Source: Escherichia coli (GTDB lineage: Bacteria > Pseudomonadota > Gammaproteobacteria > Enterobacterales > Enterobacteriaceae). From it: 41,657 nt of DNA. Every line of letters starts with the position of its first letter. Position 1 is the first letter of the stretch. Positions 31,876 through 41,657 of the stretch are shown here, in pieces. The notes below the pieces were generated by a model that saw only the letters and a list, made by a program, of their open reading frames with translations, was not told the origin of the DNA and did not search any database. The DNA lies in NCBI RefSeq assembly GCF_003334315.1, contig NZ_QOWR01000044.1. One strand, written 5' to 3'. Both the position numbers and the translations under genes were made by a program.

Positions 31876-32652
31876 TTAACGCTGCTCGTAGCGTTTAAAC
31901 ACCAGTTCGCCATTGCTGGAGGAAGCTTCATCAAAGAAGTAACCTTCGCTATTAAAACCAGTCAGTTGCTCTGGTTTGGTCAGCCGATTTTCAATAATAA
32001 AACGACTCATCAGACCGCGTGCTTTCTTAGCGTAGAAGCTGATTATCTTAAATTTGCCGTTCTTCTCATCGAGGAACACCGGCTTGATAATCTCGGCATT
32101 CAATTTCTTCGGCTTCACCGATTTAAAATACTCATCTGACGCCAGATTAATCACCACATTATCGCCTTGTGCTGCGAGCGCCTCGTTCAGCTTGTTGGTG
32201 ATGATATCTCCCCAGAATTGATACAGATCTTTCCCTCGGGCATTCTCAAGACGGATCCCCATTTCCAGACGATAAGGCTGCATTAAATCGAGCGGGCGCA
32301 GTACGCCATACAAGCCGGAAAGCATTCGCAAATGCTGTTGGGCAAAATCGAAATCGTCTTCGCTGAAGGTTTCGGCCTGCAAGCCGGTGTAGACATCACC
32401 TTTAAACGCCAGAATCGCCTGGCGGGCATTCTCCGGCGTGAAATCTGGCTGCCAGTCATGAAAGCGAGCGGCGTTGATACCCGCCAGTTTGTCGCTGATG
32501 CGCATCAGCGTGCTAATCTGCGGAGGCGTCAGTTTCCGCGCTTCATGGATCAACTGCTGGGAATTGTCTAACAGCTCCGGCAGCGTATAGCGCGTGGTGG
32601 TCAACGGGCTTTGGTAATCAAGCGTTTTCGCAGGTGAAATAAGAATCAGCAT
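31876..32652 (-). CDS. yaaA: Peroxide stress resistance protein YaaA (DUF328)
   Basis: 258 aa ([41 protein letters not shown]...). Confidence 0.92.
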   Translation of the reverse strand: MLILISPAKTLDYQSPLTTTRYTLPELLDNSQQLIHEARKLTPPQISTLMRISDKLAGINAARFHDWQPDFTPENARQAILAFKGDVYTGLQAETFSEDDFDFAQQHLRMLSGLYGVLRPLDLMQPYRLEMGIRLENARGKDLYQFWGDIITNKLNEALAAQGDNVVINLASDEYFKSVKPKKLNAEIIKPVFLDEKNGKFKIISFYAKKARGLMSRFIIENRLTKPEQLTGFNSEGYFFDEASSSNGELVFKRYEQR

Positions 32653-32721
32653 ATCCAGTCCTTGCAGGAAATTTATGCCGACTTTAGCAAAAAAAGAGAA
32701 TGAGTTGATCGATAGTTGTGA

Positions 32722-34152
32722 TTACTCCTGCGAAACATCATCCCACGCGTCCGGAGAAAGCTGGCGACCGATATCCGGATAACGCAACGGATCAAACACC
32801 GGGCGCACGCCGAGTTTACGCTGGCGTAGATAATCACTGGCAATGGTATGAACCACAGGCGAGAGCAGTAAAATGGCGGTCAAATTGGTAATAGCCATGC
32901 AGGCCATTATGATATCTGCCAGTTGCCACATCAGCGGAAGACTTAGCAAGGTGCCGCCGATGACCGTTGCGAAGGTGCAGATCCGCAAACACCAGATCGC
33001 TTTAGGGTTGTTCAGGCGTAAAAAGAAGAGATTGTTTTCGGCGTAAATGTAGTTGGCAACGATGGAGCTGAAGGCAAACAGAATAACCACGAGGGTAACA
33101 AACTCAGCACCCCAGGAACCCATTAGCACCCGCATCGCCTTCTGGATAAGCTGAATACCTTCCAGCGGCATGTAGGTTGTGCCGTTACCCGCCAGTAATA
33201 TCAGCATGGCGCTTGCCGTACAGATGACCAGGGTGTCGATAAAAATGCCAATCATCTGGACAATCCCTTGCGCTGCCGGATGCGGAGGCCAGGACGCCGC
33301 TGCCGCTGCCGCGTTTGGCGTCGACCCCATTCCCGCCTCATTGGAAAACATACTGCGCTGAAAACCGTTAGTAATCGCCTGGCTTAAGGTATATCCCGCC
33401 GCGCCGCCTGCCGCTTCCTGCCAGCCAAAAGCACTCTCAAAAATAGACCAAATGACGTGGGGAAGTTGCCCGATATTCATTACGCAAATCACCAGGCTGG
33501 TCAGTACCCAGATTATCGCCATCAACGGGACAAACCCCTGCATGAGCCGGGCGACGCCATGAAGACCGCGAGTGATCGCCAGCAGAGCAAAGACAGCGAG
33601 AATAATACCTGTCACCAGCGGGGGAAAATCAAAAGAAAAACTCAGGGCTCGCGCAACGGCGTTCGCCTGAATTCCGCTGAAAATTATGCCGTAGGCGATG
33701 AGCAAAAAGACGGCGAACAGAACGCCCATCCAGCGCATCCCCAGCCCGCGCGCCATATACCATGCCGGTCCGCCACGAAACTGCCCATTGGCATCACGTT
33801 CTTTATAAAGCTGTGCGAGGGAACATTCGGCAAACGAGGTCGCCATGCCGATAAACGCGGCAACCCACATCCAGAAGACGGCTCCAGGTCCACCGGCGGT
33901 AATTGCCAGCGCAACGCCGGCCAGGTTGCCGCTACCCACGCGCGCCGCAAGACTGGTACACAATGACTGAAATGAGGTTAAACCGCCTGGCTGTGGATGA
34001 ATGCTATTTTTAAGACTTTTGCCAAACTGGCGGATGTAGCGAAACTGCACAAATCCGGTGCGAAAAGTGAACCAACAACCTGCGCCGAAGAGCAGGTAAA
34101 TCATTACCGATCCCCAAAGGACGCTGTTAATAAAGGAGAAAAAATCTGGCAT
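32722..34152 (-). CDS. yaaJ: Sodium:alanine symporter family transporter
   Basis: 476 aa polytopic membrane protein (MPDFFSFINSVLWGSVMIYLLFGAGCWFTF...). Confidence 0.92.
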   Translation of the reverse strand: MPDFFSFINSVLWGSVMIYLLFGAGCWFTFRTGFVQFRYIRQFGKSLKNSIHPQPGGLTSFQSLCTSLAARVGSGNLAGVALAITAGGPGAVFWMWVAAFIGMATSFAECSLAQLYKERDANGQFRGGPAWYMARGLGMRWMGVLFAVFLLIAYGIIFSGIQANAVARALSFSFDFPPLVTGIILAVFALLAITRGLHGVARLMQGFVPLMAIIWVLTSLVICVMNIGQLPHVIWSIFESAFGWQEAAGGAAGYTLSQAITNGFQRSMFSNEAGMGSTPNAAAAAASWPPHPAAQGIVQMIGIFIDTLVICTASAMLILLAGNGTTYMPLEGIQLIQKAMRVLMGSWGAEFVTLVVILFAFSSIVANYIYAENNLFFLRLNNPKAIWCLRICTFATVIGGTLLSLPLMWQLADIIMACMAITNLTAILLLSPVVHTIASDYLRQRKLGVRPVFDPLRYPDIGRQLSPDAWDDVSQE

Positions 34153-34430
34153 GCATATCCCTCTTATTGCCGGTCGCGATGACTTTCTTGTGTAAACGTT
34201 ACCAATTGTTTAAGAAGTAAATACGCTACGAGGTACTTGATAACTTCTGCGTAGCATACATGAGGTTTTGTATAAAAATGGCGGGCGATATCAACGCAGT
34301 GTCAGAAATCCGAAACAGTCTCGCCTGGCGATAACCGTCTTGTCGGCGGTTGCGCTGACGTTGCGTCGTGATATCATCAGGGCAGACCGGTTACATCCCC
34401 CTAACAAGCTGTTTAAAGAGAAATACTATC

Positions 34431-35384
34431 ATGACGGACAAATTGACCTCCCTTCGTCAGTACACCACCGTAGTGGCCGACACTGGGGACATCGCGGCAA
34501 TGAAGCTGTATCAACCGCAGGATGCCACAACCAACCCTTCTCTCATTCTTAACGCAGCGCAGATTCCGGAATACCGTAAGTTGATTGATGATGCTGTCGC
34601 CTGGGCGAAACAGCAGAGCAACGATCGCGCGCAGCAGATCGTGGACGCGACCGACAAACTGGCAGTAAATATTGGTCTGGAAATCCTGAAACTGGTTCCG
34701 GGCCGTATCTCAACTGAAGTTGATGCGCGTCTTTCCTATGACACCGAAGCGTCAATTGCGAAAGCAAAACGCCTGATCAAACTCTACAACGATGCTGGTA
34801 TTAGCAACGATCGTATTCTGATCAAACTGGCTTCTACCTGGCAGGGTATCCGTGCTGCAGAACAGCTGGAAAAAGAAGGCATCAACTGTAACCTGACCCT
34901 GCTGTTCTCCTTCGCTCAGGCTCGTGCTTGTGCGGAAGCGGGCGTGTTCCTGATCTCGCCGTTTGTTGGCCGTATTCTTGACTGGTACAAAGCGAATACC
35001 GATAAGAAAGAGTACGCTCCGGCAGAAGATCCGGGCGTGGTTTCTGTATCTGAAATCTACCAGTACTACAAAGAGCACGGTTATGAAACCGTGGTTATGG
35101 GCGCAAGCTTCCGTAACATCGGCGAAATTCTGGAACTGGCAGGCTGCGACCGTCTTACCATCGCACCTACACTGCTGAAAGAGCTGGCTGAGAGCGAAGG
35201 GGCTATCGAACGTAAACTGTCTTACACCGGCGAAGTGAAAGCGCGTCCGGCGCGTATCACTGAGTCCGAGTTCCTGTGGCAGCACAACCAGGATCCAATG
35301 GCAGTAGATAAACTGGCGGAAGGTATCCGTAAGTTTGCTATTGACCAGGAAAAACTGGAAAAAATGATCGGCGATCTGCTGTAA
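34431..35384 (+). CDS. talB: Transaldolase B
   Basis: 317 aa from the ATG at 34431 ([44 protein letters not shown]...). Confidence 0.97.
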   Translation: MTDKLTSLRQYTTVVADTGDIAAMKLYQPQDATTNPSLILNAAQIPEYRKLIDDAVAWAKQQSNDRAQQIVDATDKLAVNIGLEILKLVPGRISTEVDARLSYDTEASIAKAKRLIKLYNDAGISNDRILIKLASTWQGIRAAEQLEKEGINCNLTLLFSFAQARACAEAGVFLISPFVGRILDWYKANTDKKEYAPAEDPGVVSVSEIYQYYKEHGYETVVMGASFRNIGEILELAGCDRLTIAPTLLKELAESEGAIERKLSYTGEVKARPARITESEFLWQHNQDPMAVDKLAEGIRKFAIDQEKLEKMIGDLL

Positions 35385-35392
35385 TCATTCTT

Positions 35393-35418
35393 AGCGTGAC
35401 CGGGAAGTCGGTCACGCT
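35393..35418 (+). terminator. Perfect stem-loop after talB (probable terminator or mRNA stabiliser)
   Basis: agcgtgaccg/cggtcacgct 10-bp stem with loop ggaagt, 9 bp after the talB stop; no downstream T-run. Confidence 0.5.
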
Positions 35419-35498
35419 ACCTCTTCTGAAGCCTGTCTGTCACTCCCTTCGCAGTGTATCATTCTGTTTAACGAGACTGTTTAAACGGAAAAATCTTG

Positions 35499-36086
35499 AT
35501 GAATACTTTACGTATTGGCTTAGTTTCCATCTCTGATCGCGCATCCAGCGGCGTTTATCAGGATAAAGGCATCCCTGCGCTGGAAGAATGGCTGACATCG
35601 GCGCTAACCACGCCGTTTGAACTGGAAACCCGCTTAATCCCCGATGAGCAGGCGATCATCGAGCAAACGTTGTGTGAGCTAGTGGATGAAATGAGTTGCC
35701 ATCTGGTGCTCACCACGGGCGGAACTGGCCCGGCGCGTCGTGACGTAACGCCCGATGCGACGCTGGCAGTAGCGGACCGCGAGATGCCTGGCTTTGGTGA
35801 ACAGATGCGCCAGATAAGCCTGCATTTTGTACCAACTGCGATCCTTTCGCGTCAGGTTGGTGTGATTCGCAAACAGGCGCTGATCCTTAACTTACCCGGT
35901 CAGCCGAAGTCTATTAAAGAGACGCTGGAAGGTGTGAAGGACGCTGCGGGTAACGTTGTGGTACACGGTATTTTTGCCAGCGTACCGTACTGCATTCAGT
36001 TGCTGGAAGGGCCATACGTTGAAACGGCACCAGAAGTGGTTGCTGCATTCAGACCGAAGAGTGCAAGACGCGACGTTAGCGAATAA
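35499..36086 (+). CDS. mog: Molybdopterin adenylyltransferase
   Basis: 195 aa (MNTLRIGLVSISDRASSGVYQDKGIPALEEWL...). Confidence 0.95.
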   Translation: MNTLRIGLVSISDRASSGVYQDKGIPALEEWLTSALTTPFELETRLIPDEQAIIEQTLCELVDEMSCHLVLTTGGTGPARRDVTPDATLAVADREMPGFGEQMRQISLHFVPTAILSRQVGVIRKQALILNLPGQPKSIKETLEGVKDAAGNVVVHGIFASVPYCIQLLEGPYVETAPEVVAAFRPKSARRDVSE

Positions 36087-36116
36087 AAAAATCCCCCCGA
36101 GCGGGGGGATCTCAAA
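36085..36116. terminator. Stem-loop terminator between the convergent mog and satP
   Basis: atcccccc/ggggggat stem with loop gagc preceded by an A-run (a U-run on the satP strand). Confidence 0.7.
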
Positions 36117-36120
36117 ACAA

Positions 36121-36687
36121 TTAGTGGGATTCACCAATCGGCAGAACGGTGCGACCAAACTGCTCGTTCAGTACTTCACCCATCGCCAGATAGATTGCAC
36201 TGGCACCACAGATCAGACCAATCCAGCCGGCAAAGTGGATGATTGCGGCGTTACCGGCAATGTTACCGATCGCCAGCAGGGCAAACAGCACAGTCAGGCT
36301 AAAGAAAACGAATTGCAGAACGCGTGCGCCTTTCAGCGTGCCGAAGAACATAAACAGCGTAAATACGCCCCACAGACCCAGGTAGACACCAAGGAACTGT
36401 GCATTTGGCGCATCGGTCAGACCCAGTTTCGGCATCAGCAGAATCGCAACCAACGTCAGCCAGAAAGAACCGTAAGAGGTGAATGCGGTTAAACCGAAAG
36501 TGTTGCCTTTTTTGTACTCCAGCAGACCGGCAAAAATTTGCGCGATGCCGCCGTAGAAAATGCCCATGGCAAGAATAATACCGTCCAGAGCGAAATAACC
36601 CACGTTGTGCAGGTTAAGCAGAATGGTGGTCATGCCGAAGCCCATCAGGCCCAGCGGTGCCGGATTAGCCAACTTAGTGTTGCCCAT
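36121..36687 (-). CDS. satP: Succinate-acetate/proton symporter
   Basis: 188 aa (MGNTKLANPAPLGLMGFGMTTILLNLHNVGYFALDGIILAMGIFYGG...). Confidence 0.95.
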   Translation of the reverse strand: MGNTKLANPAPLGLMGFGMTTILLNLHNVGYFALDGIILAMGIFYGGIAQIFAGLLEYKKGNTFGLTAFTSYGSFWLTLVAILLMPKLGLTDAPNAQFLGVYLGLWGVFTLFMFFGTLKGARVLQFVFFSLTVLFALLAIGNIAGNAAIIHFAGWIGLICGASAIYLAMGEVLNEQFGRTVLPIGESH

Positions 36688-36802
36688 AATTCCTCAAAAA
36701 TCATCATCGAATGAATGGTGAAATAATTTCCCTGAATAACAGTAGTGTTTTCAGGGCGCGGCATAATAATCAGCCAGTGGGGCAGTGTCTACGATCTTTT
36801 GA

Positions 36803-36824
36803 GGGGAAAATGAAAATTTTCCCC
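36803..36824. other. Stem-loop with GAAA tetraloop just downstream of yaaW
   Basis: ggggaaaat gaaa attttcccc: 9-bp perfect stem, 12 bp past the yaaW stop; no T-run on either side. Confidence 0.4.
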
Positions 36825-36835
36825 GGTTTACGGTG

Positions 36836-37549
36836 TCAGACCTGAGTGGCGCTAACCATCCGGCGCAGGCAGGCGATTTGCAGTACGGCTGGAATTGTCA
36901 CGCGATAGGCACTGCCGCTGACCGCTTTAACCCCATTTAATGCTGCGCCCACAGGGCCTCCCAGACCCGCGCCGCGCAGCAAACCATGCCCAAGCACGCT
37001 CATTGCTGCGTGGGTGCGTAAAATGCGGGTCAATTGGCTGGAAAGCAAATGCGACACGCCTTTTGCCAATAATTTGTCTTTCATCAGCAGCGGCAGCAGC
37101 TCTTCCAGCTCATTCACCCTGGCATCGATCGCGTGCAGAAACTCCTGCTTATGTTCCTCGTCCATATTCTTCCAGGTGTTACGTAGAAATTGTTCCAGTA
37201 ACTGTTGCTCAATCTCAAACGTAGACATCTCTTTGTCGGCTTTCAGCTTCAATCGTTTTGAAACATCGAGCAAAATGGCCCGATACAATTTACCGTGTCC
37301 GCGCAGTTTGTTGGCGATACTATCGCCACCAAAATGCTGTAATTCTCCAGCAATCAGCTGCCAGTTGCGGCGATGTTGCTCGGGATGCCCTTCCATCGAT
37401 TTAAACAGTTCGTTGCGCATCAGTACGCTGGAGAGGCGAGTTTTGCCTTTTTCATTATGGGTGAGCAATCGGGCGAAATTTGCCAACTGTTCCTCACTGC
37501 AATGCTGGAGAAAATCCAGATCTGAATCATTCAGGTAATTAACATTCAT
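36836..37549 (-). CDS. yaaW: UPF0174 family protein YaaW
   Basis: 237 aa (MNVNYLNDSDLDFLQHCSEEQLANFARLLTHNEKGKTRLSSVLMRNELF...). Confidence 0.9.
   Translation of the reverse strand: MNVNYLNDSDLDFLQHCSEEQLANFARLLTHNEKGKTRLSSVLMRNELFKSMEGHPEQHRRNWQLIAGELQHFGGDSIANKLRGHGKLYRAILLDVSKRLKLKADKEMSTFEIEQQLLEQFLRNTWKNMDEEHKQEFLHAIDARVNELEELLPLLMKDKLLAKGVSHLLSSQLTRILRTHAAMSVLGHGLLRGAGLGGPVGAALNGVKAVSGSAYRVTIPAVLQIACLRRMVSATQV
37023..37538 (+). CDS. mbiA: Questionable ORF antisense to yaaW (the locus annotated as mbiA/htgA in K-12)
   Basis: Open frame entirely inside yaaW on the opposite strand; Ser/Cys-rich, low-complexity translation; boundaries uncertain and possibly non-coding. Confidence 0.25.
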   Translation: MRVNWLESKCDTPFANNLSFISSGSSSSSSFTLASIACRNSCLCSSSIFFQVLRRNCSSNCCSISNVDISLSAFSFNRFETSSKMARYNLPCPRSLLAILSPPKCCNSPAISCQLRRCCSGCPSIDLNSSLRISTLERRVLPFSLWVSNRAKFANCSSLQCWRKSRSESFR

Positions 37550-37574
37550 TTTTTGTGGCTTCTATATTCTGGCG

Positions 37575-37979
37575 TTAGTCGTCGCCGATAATTTTCAGCG
37601 TGGCCATATCCGATGAGTTCACCGTATGACCGGAAAAGGTGATTTTTGAGACGCAGCGTTTATTGTCGTTATCGCTGTTAATGTTGATCCAGTCAGTGGT
37701 TTGCCCTTCTTTTATTTCTGAAGGAATATTCAGGCTCTGACTGGCGCTACGGGCGGCTTTGAAATAAACCGATGCACCGCTTAACTGTAAATCGCCATGG
37801 TCGGCAGAGAGTTGTATGCGTTTAACAATTCGGCAAACAGGAAGTTTCAACGCCAGATCGTTGGTTTCGTTACGCGGCATTGCAATGACGCCGAGGATTT
37901 TATGGTCGTTTGCCTGCGCCGTGCAGCACAGCATCAGACTAATCGCCAGGCTGGCGGAAATCGTAAAAACGGATTTCAT
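37575..37979 (-). CDS. yaaI: DUF2541 secreted protein YaaI
   Basis: 134 aa with signal peptide ([23 protein letters not shown]...). Confidence 0.88.
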
Positions 37980-38202
37980 AAGGATTCTCTTAGTGGGGAG
38001 AGGTAGGGGGATGGATACCCACTAGTTTACTGCTGATAAAGAGAAGATTCAGGTGCGTAATGTTTTCTTTTTATTACAATTTTTTGATGAATGTCTTGGC
38101 TGCGATTCATTCTTTATATGAATAAAATTGCTGTCAGTTTCACGTCTTGTCCTGCTATATCGCGAAATTTCTGCGCAAAAGCACAAAAAATTTTTGCATC
38201 TC

Positions 38203-38234
38203 CCCCTTGATGACGTGGGTTACGACCCCATTTA
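38203..38234 (+). promoter_or_regulatory. dnaK heat-shock promoter P1 (sigma32)
   Basis: -35 cccccttga and -10 ccccattta, matching the sigma32 consensus (CTTGAA / CCCCATnT). Confidence 0.8.
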
Positions 38235-38280
38235 GTAGTCAACCGCAGTGAGTGAGTCTGCAAAAAAATGAAATTGGGCA

Positions 38281-38308
38281 GTTGAAACCAGACGTTTCGC
38301 CCCTATTA
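38281..38308 (+). promoter_or_regulatory. dnaK heat-shock promoter P2 (sigma32)
   Basis: -35 gttgaaa and -10 cccctatta about 50 bp upstream of the dnaK ATG. Confidence 0.7.
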
Positions 38309-38355
38309 CAGACTCACAACCACATGATGACCGAATATATAGTGGAGACGTTTAG

Positions 38356-40272
38356 ATGGGTAAAATAATTGGTATCGACCTGGGTACTACCAACTCTTGT
38401 GTAGCGATTATGGATGGCACCACTCCTCGCGTGCTGGAGAACGCCGAAGGCGATCGCACCACGCCTTCTATCATTGCCTATACCCAGGATGGTGAAACTC
38501 TGGTTGGTCAGCCGGCTAAACGTCAGGCAGTGACGAACCCGCAAAACACCCTGTTTGCGATTAAACGCCTGATTGGCCGCCGCTTCCAGGACGAAGAAGT
38601 ACAGCGTGATGTTTCCATCATGCCGTTCAAAATTATTGCTGCTGATAACGGCGACGCATGGGTCGAAGTTAAAGGCCAGAAAATGGCACCGCCGCAGATC
38701 TCTGCTGAAGTGCTGAAAAAAATGAAGAAAACCGCTGAAGATTACTTGGGTGAACCGGTAACTGAAGCTGTTATCACCGTACCGGCATACTTTAACGATG
38801 CTCAGCGTCAGGCAACCAAAGACGCAGGCCGTATCGCTGGTCTGGAAGTAAAACGTATCATCAACGAACCGACCGCAGCTGCGCTGGCTTACGGTCTGGA
38901 CAAAGGTACTGGCAACCGTACTATCGCGGTTTATGACCTGGGTGGTGGTACTTTCGATATTTCTATTATCGAAATCGACGAAGTTGACGGCGAAAAAACC
39001 TTCGAAGTTCTGGCTACCAACGGTGATACCCACCTGGGTGGTGAAGACTTCGACAGCCGTCTGATCAACTACCTGGTTGAAGAATTCAAGAAAGATCAGG
39101 GCATTGACCTGCGCAACGATCCGCTGGCAATGCAGCGCCTGAAAGAAGCGGCAGAAAAAGCGAAAATCGAACTGTCTTCCGCTCAGCAGACCGACGTTAA
39201 CCTGCCGTACATCACTGCAGATGCGACCGGTCCGAAACACATGAACATCAAAGTGACTCGTGCGAAACTGGAAAGCCTGGTTGAAGATCTGGTAAACCGT
39301 TCCATTGAGCCGCTGAAAGTTGCACTGCAGGACGCTGGCCTGTCCGTATCTGATATCGACGACGTTATCCTCGTTGGTGGTCAGACTCGTATGCCAATGG
39401 TTCAGAAGAAAGTTGCTGAGTTCTTTGGTAAAGAGCCGCGTAAAGACGTTAACCCGGACGAAGCTGTAGCAATCGGTGCTGCTGTTCAGGGTGGTGTTCT
39501 GACTGGTGACGTGAAAGACGTACTGCTGCTGGACGTTACCCCGCTGTCTCTGGGTATCGAAACCATGGGCGGTGTGATGACGACGCTGATCGCGAAAAAC
39601 ACCACTATCCCGACCAAGCACAGCCAGGTGTTCTCTACCGCTGAAGACAACCAGTCTGCGGTAACCATCCATGTGCTGCAGGGTGAACGTAAACGTGCGG
39701 CTGATAACAAATCTCTGGGTCAGTTCAACCTGGATGGTATCAACCCGGCACCGCGCGGCATGCCGCAGATCGAAGTTACCTTCGATATCGATGCTGACGG
39801 TATCCTGCACGTTTCCGCGAAAGATAAAAACAGCGGTAAAGAGCAGAAGATCACCATCAAGGCTTCTTCTGGTCTGAACGAAGATGAAATCCAGAAAATG
39901 GTACGCGACGCAGAAGCTAACGCCGAAGCTGACCGTAAGTTTGAAGAGCTGGTACAGACTCGCAACCAGGGCGACCATCTGCTGCACAGCACCCGTAAGC
40001 AGGTTGAAGAAGCAGGCGACAAACTGCCGGCTGACGACAAAACTGCTATCGAGTCTGCACTGACTGCACTGGAAACTGCTCTGAAAGGTGAAGACAAAGC
40101 CGCTATCGAAGCGAAAATGCAGGAGCTGGCACAGGTTTCCCAGAAACTGATGGAAATCGCCCAGCAGCAACATGCCCAGCAGCAGACTGCCGGTGCTGAT
40201 GCTTCTGCAAACAACGCGAAAGATGACGATGTTGTCGACGCTGAATTTGAAGAAGTCAAAGACAAAAAATAA
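38356..40272 (+). CDS. dnaK: Molecular chaperone DnaK (Hsp70)
   Basis: 638 aa ([77 protein letters not shown]...). Confidence 0.99.
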
Positions 40273-40300
40273 TCGCCCTATAAACGGGTAATTATACTGA

Positions 40301-40333
40301 CACGGGCGAAGGGGAATTTCCTCTCCGCCCGTG
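40301..40333 (+). other. Stem-loop in the dnaK-dnaJ intergenic region
   Basis: cacgggcg...cgcccgtg inverted repeat with a long loop, no T-run; candidate mRNA processing or attenuation element within the dnaKJ transcript. Confidence 0.5.
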
Positions 40334-40360
40334 CATTCATCTAGGGGCAATTTAAAAAAG

Positions 40361-41491
40361 ATGGCTAAGCAAGATTATTACGAGATTTTAGGCGTTTCCA
40401 AAACAGCGGAAGAGCATGAAATCAAAAAGGCCTACAAACGCCTGGCCATGAAATACCACCCGGACCGTAACCAGGGTGACAAAGAGGCCGAGGCGAAATT
40501 TAAAGAGATCAAGGAAGCTTATGAAGTTCTGACCGACTCGCAAAAACGTGCGGCATACGATCAGTATGGTCATGCTGCGTTTGAGCAAGGTGGTATGGGC
40601 GGCGGCGGTTTTGGCGGCGGCGCAGACTTCAGCGATATTTTTGGTGACGTTTTCGGCGATATTTTTGGCGGCGGACGTGGTCGTCAACGTGCGGCGCGCG
40701 GTGCTGATTTACGCTATAACATGGAGCTCACCCTCGAAGAAGCTGTACGTGGCGTGACCAAAGAGATCCGCATTCCGACTCTGGAAGAGTGTGACGTTTG
40801 CCACGGTAGCGGTGCAAAACCAGGTACACAGCCGCAGACCTGTCCGACCTGTCATGGTTCTGGTCAGGTGCAGATGCGTCAGGGATTCTTTGCCGTGCAG
40901 CAGACCTGTCCACACTGTCAGGGCCGCGGTACGCTGATCAAAGATCCGTGCAACAAATGTCATGGTCATGGTCGTGTTGAGCGCAGCAAAACGCTGTCCG
41001 TTAAAATCCCGGCAGGGGTGGACACTGGAGACCGCATCCGTCTTGCGGGCGAAGGTGAAGCGGGCGAGCATGGCGCACCGGCAGGCGATCTGTACGTTCA
41101 GGTTCAGGTTAAACAGCACCCGATTTTCGAGCGTGAAGGCAACAACCTGTATTGCGAAGTCCCGATCAACTTCGCTATGGCGGCGCTGGGTGGCGAAATC
41201 GAAGTACCGACCCTTGATGGTCGCGTCAAACTGAAAGTGCCTGGCGAAACCCAGACCGGTAAGCTATTCCGTATGCGCGGTAAAGGCGTCAAGTCTGTCC
41301 GCGGTGGCGCACAAGGTGATTTGCTGTGCCGCGTTGTCGTCGAAACACCGGTAGGCCTGAACGAGAAGCAGAAACAGCTGCTGCAAGAGCTGCAAGAAAG
41401 CTTCGGTGGCCCAACCGGCGAGCACAACAGCCCGCGCTCAAAGAGCTTCTTTGATGGTGTGAAGAAGTTTTTTGACGACCTGACCCGCTAA
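40361..41491 (+). CDS. dnaJ: Co-chaperone DnaJ (Hsp40)
   Basis: 376 aa from the ATG at 40361 ([59 protein letters not shown]...), HPD motif, Gly/Phe-rich linker, four CxxCxGxG zinc-finger repeats. Confidence 0.99.
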   Translation: MAKQDYYEILGVSKTAEEHEIKKAYKRLAMKYHPDRNQGDKEAEAKFKEIKEAYEVLTDSQKRAAYDQYGHAAFEQGGMGGGGFGGGADFSDIFGDVFGDIFGGGRGRQRAARGADLRYNMELTLEEAVRGVTKEIRIPTLEECDVCHGSGAKPGTQPQTCPTCHGSGQVQMRQGFFAVQQTCPHCQGRGTLIKDPCNKCHGHGRVERSKTLSVKIPAGVDTGDRIRLAGEGEAGEHGAPAGDLYVQVQVKQHPIFEREGNNLYCEVPINFAMAALGGEIEVPTLDGRVKLKVPGETQTGKLFRMRGKGVKSVRGGAQGDLLCRVVVETPVGLNEKQKQLLQELQESFGGPTGEHNSPRSKSFFDGVKKFFDDLTR

Positions 41492-41502
41492 CCTCCGCAA
41501 AA

Positions 41503-41520
41503 GCCTGCCCGTGGGCAGGC
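41503..41520 (+). terminator. Stem-loop after dnaJ (probable terminator)
   Basis: gcctgcc/ggcaggc stem with loop cgtg, 12 bp after the dnaJ stop; weak T-tract. Confidence 0.5.
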
Positions 41521-41582
41521 CTGGGTAAAACCAGGGTGCGTTGAAGATATGCGAGCACCTGAAAAGTGGCGGGGATCACTCC

Positions 41583-41657
41583 CATAAGCGCTAACTTAAG
41601 GGTTGTGGTATTACGCCTGATATGATTTAACGTGCCGATGAATTACTCTCACGATAA
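41583..41657 (+). mobile_element. IS186 left end (terminal inverted repeat plus start of transposase), truncated by the window edge
   Basis: cataagcgctaacttaagggttg matches the IS186 terminal inverted repeat; the flanking ggggatcactccc fits the G-run/C-run IS186 target preference. Confidence 0.8.
41638..41657 (+). CDS. insL: IS186 transposase InsL, 5' fragment only
   Basis: atgaattactctcacgataa = MNYSHDN, the N-terminus of the IS4-family IS186 transposase; continues beyond the window. Confidence 0.7.

Noticed and set aside
38314-40350. 678-aa ORF on the minus strand spanning the whole of dnaK, longer than dnaK itself
   Set aside because: Long stop-free antisense frames are a known consequence of the strong codon bias of highly expressed genes such as hsp70/dnaK. 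The translation is low-complexity (Phe/Val/Cys-rich) with no recognisable domain, and the frame has no independent ribosome-binding site.

Overview
This window reads as Escherichia coli chromosome with K-12-like gene order, spanning the conventional lasT | thrL numbering origin. Gene order is yjjW-yjjI / deoCABD / small HTH ORF / lplA-ytjB / serB-radA-nadR / ettA / slt-trpR / yjjX / ytjC / rob / creABCD / arcA / yjjY-lasT / thrLABC / yaaX / yaaA / yaaJ / talB-mog / satP / yaaW / yaaI / dnaKJ, ending in the left end of an IS186 copy. All identifications come from reading the supplied translations and the DNA against remembered E. coli proteins and sites; no search was run. Almost everything is intact, well-characterised core genome, with five REP/BIME clusters in intergenic regions. 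I see no CRISPR array, tRNA/rRNA, prophage or obviously foreign island, so I do not think this window holds a large novel system. The one place that departs from the K-12 reference as I remember it is the deoD-lplA interval: it is only about 455 bp and carries an 87-aa XRE-type HTH ORF, not the roughly 1.3-kb yjjJ (hipH) HipA-like kinase gene I expect there, next to an AT-rich block of ATCTATTCA repeats. Lesser observations are the deo operators lying inside yjjI coding sequence, a perfect cre tag inside the end of creC, a thr attenuator T-tract that appears one base shorter than the reference, and the IS186 end after dnaJ.
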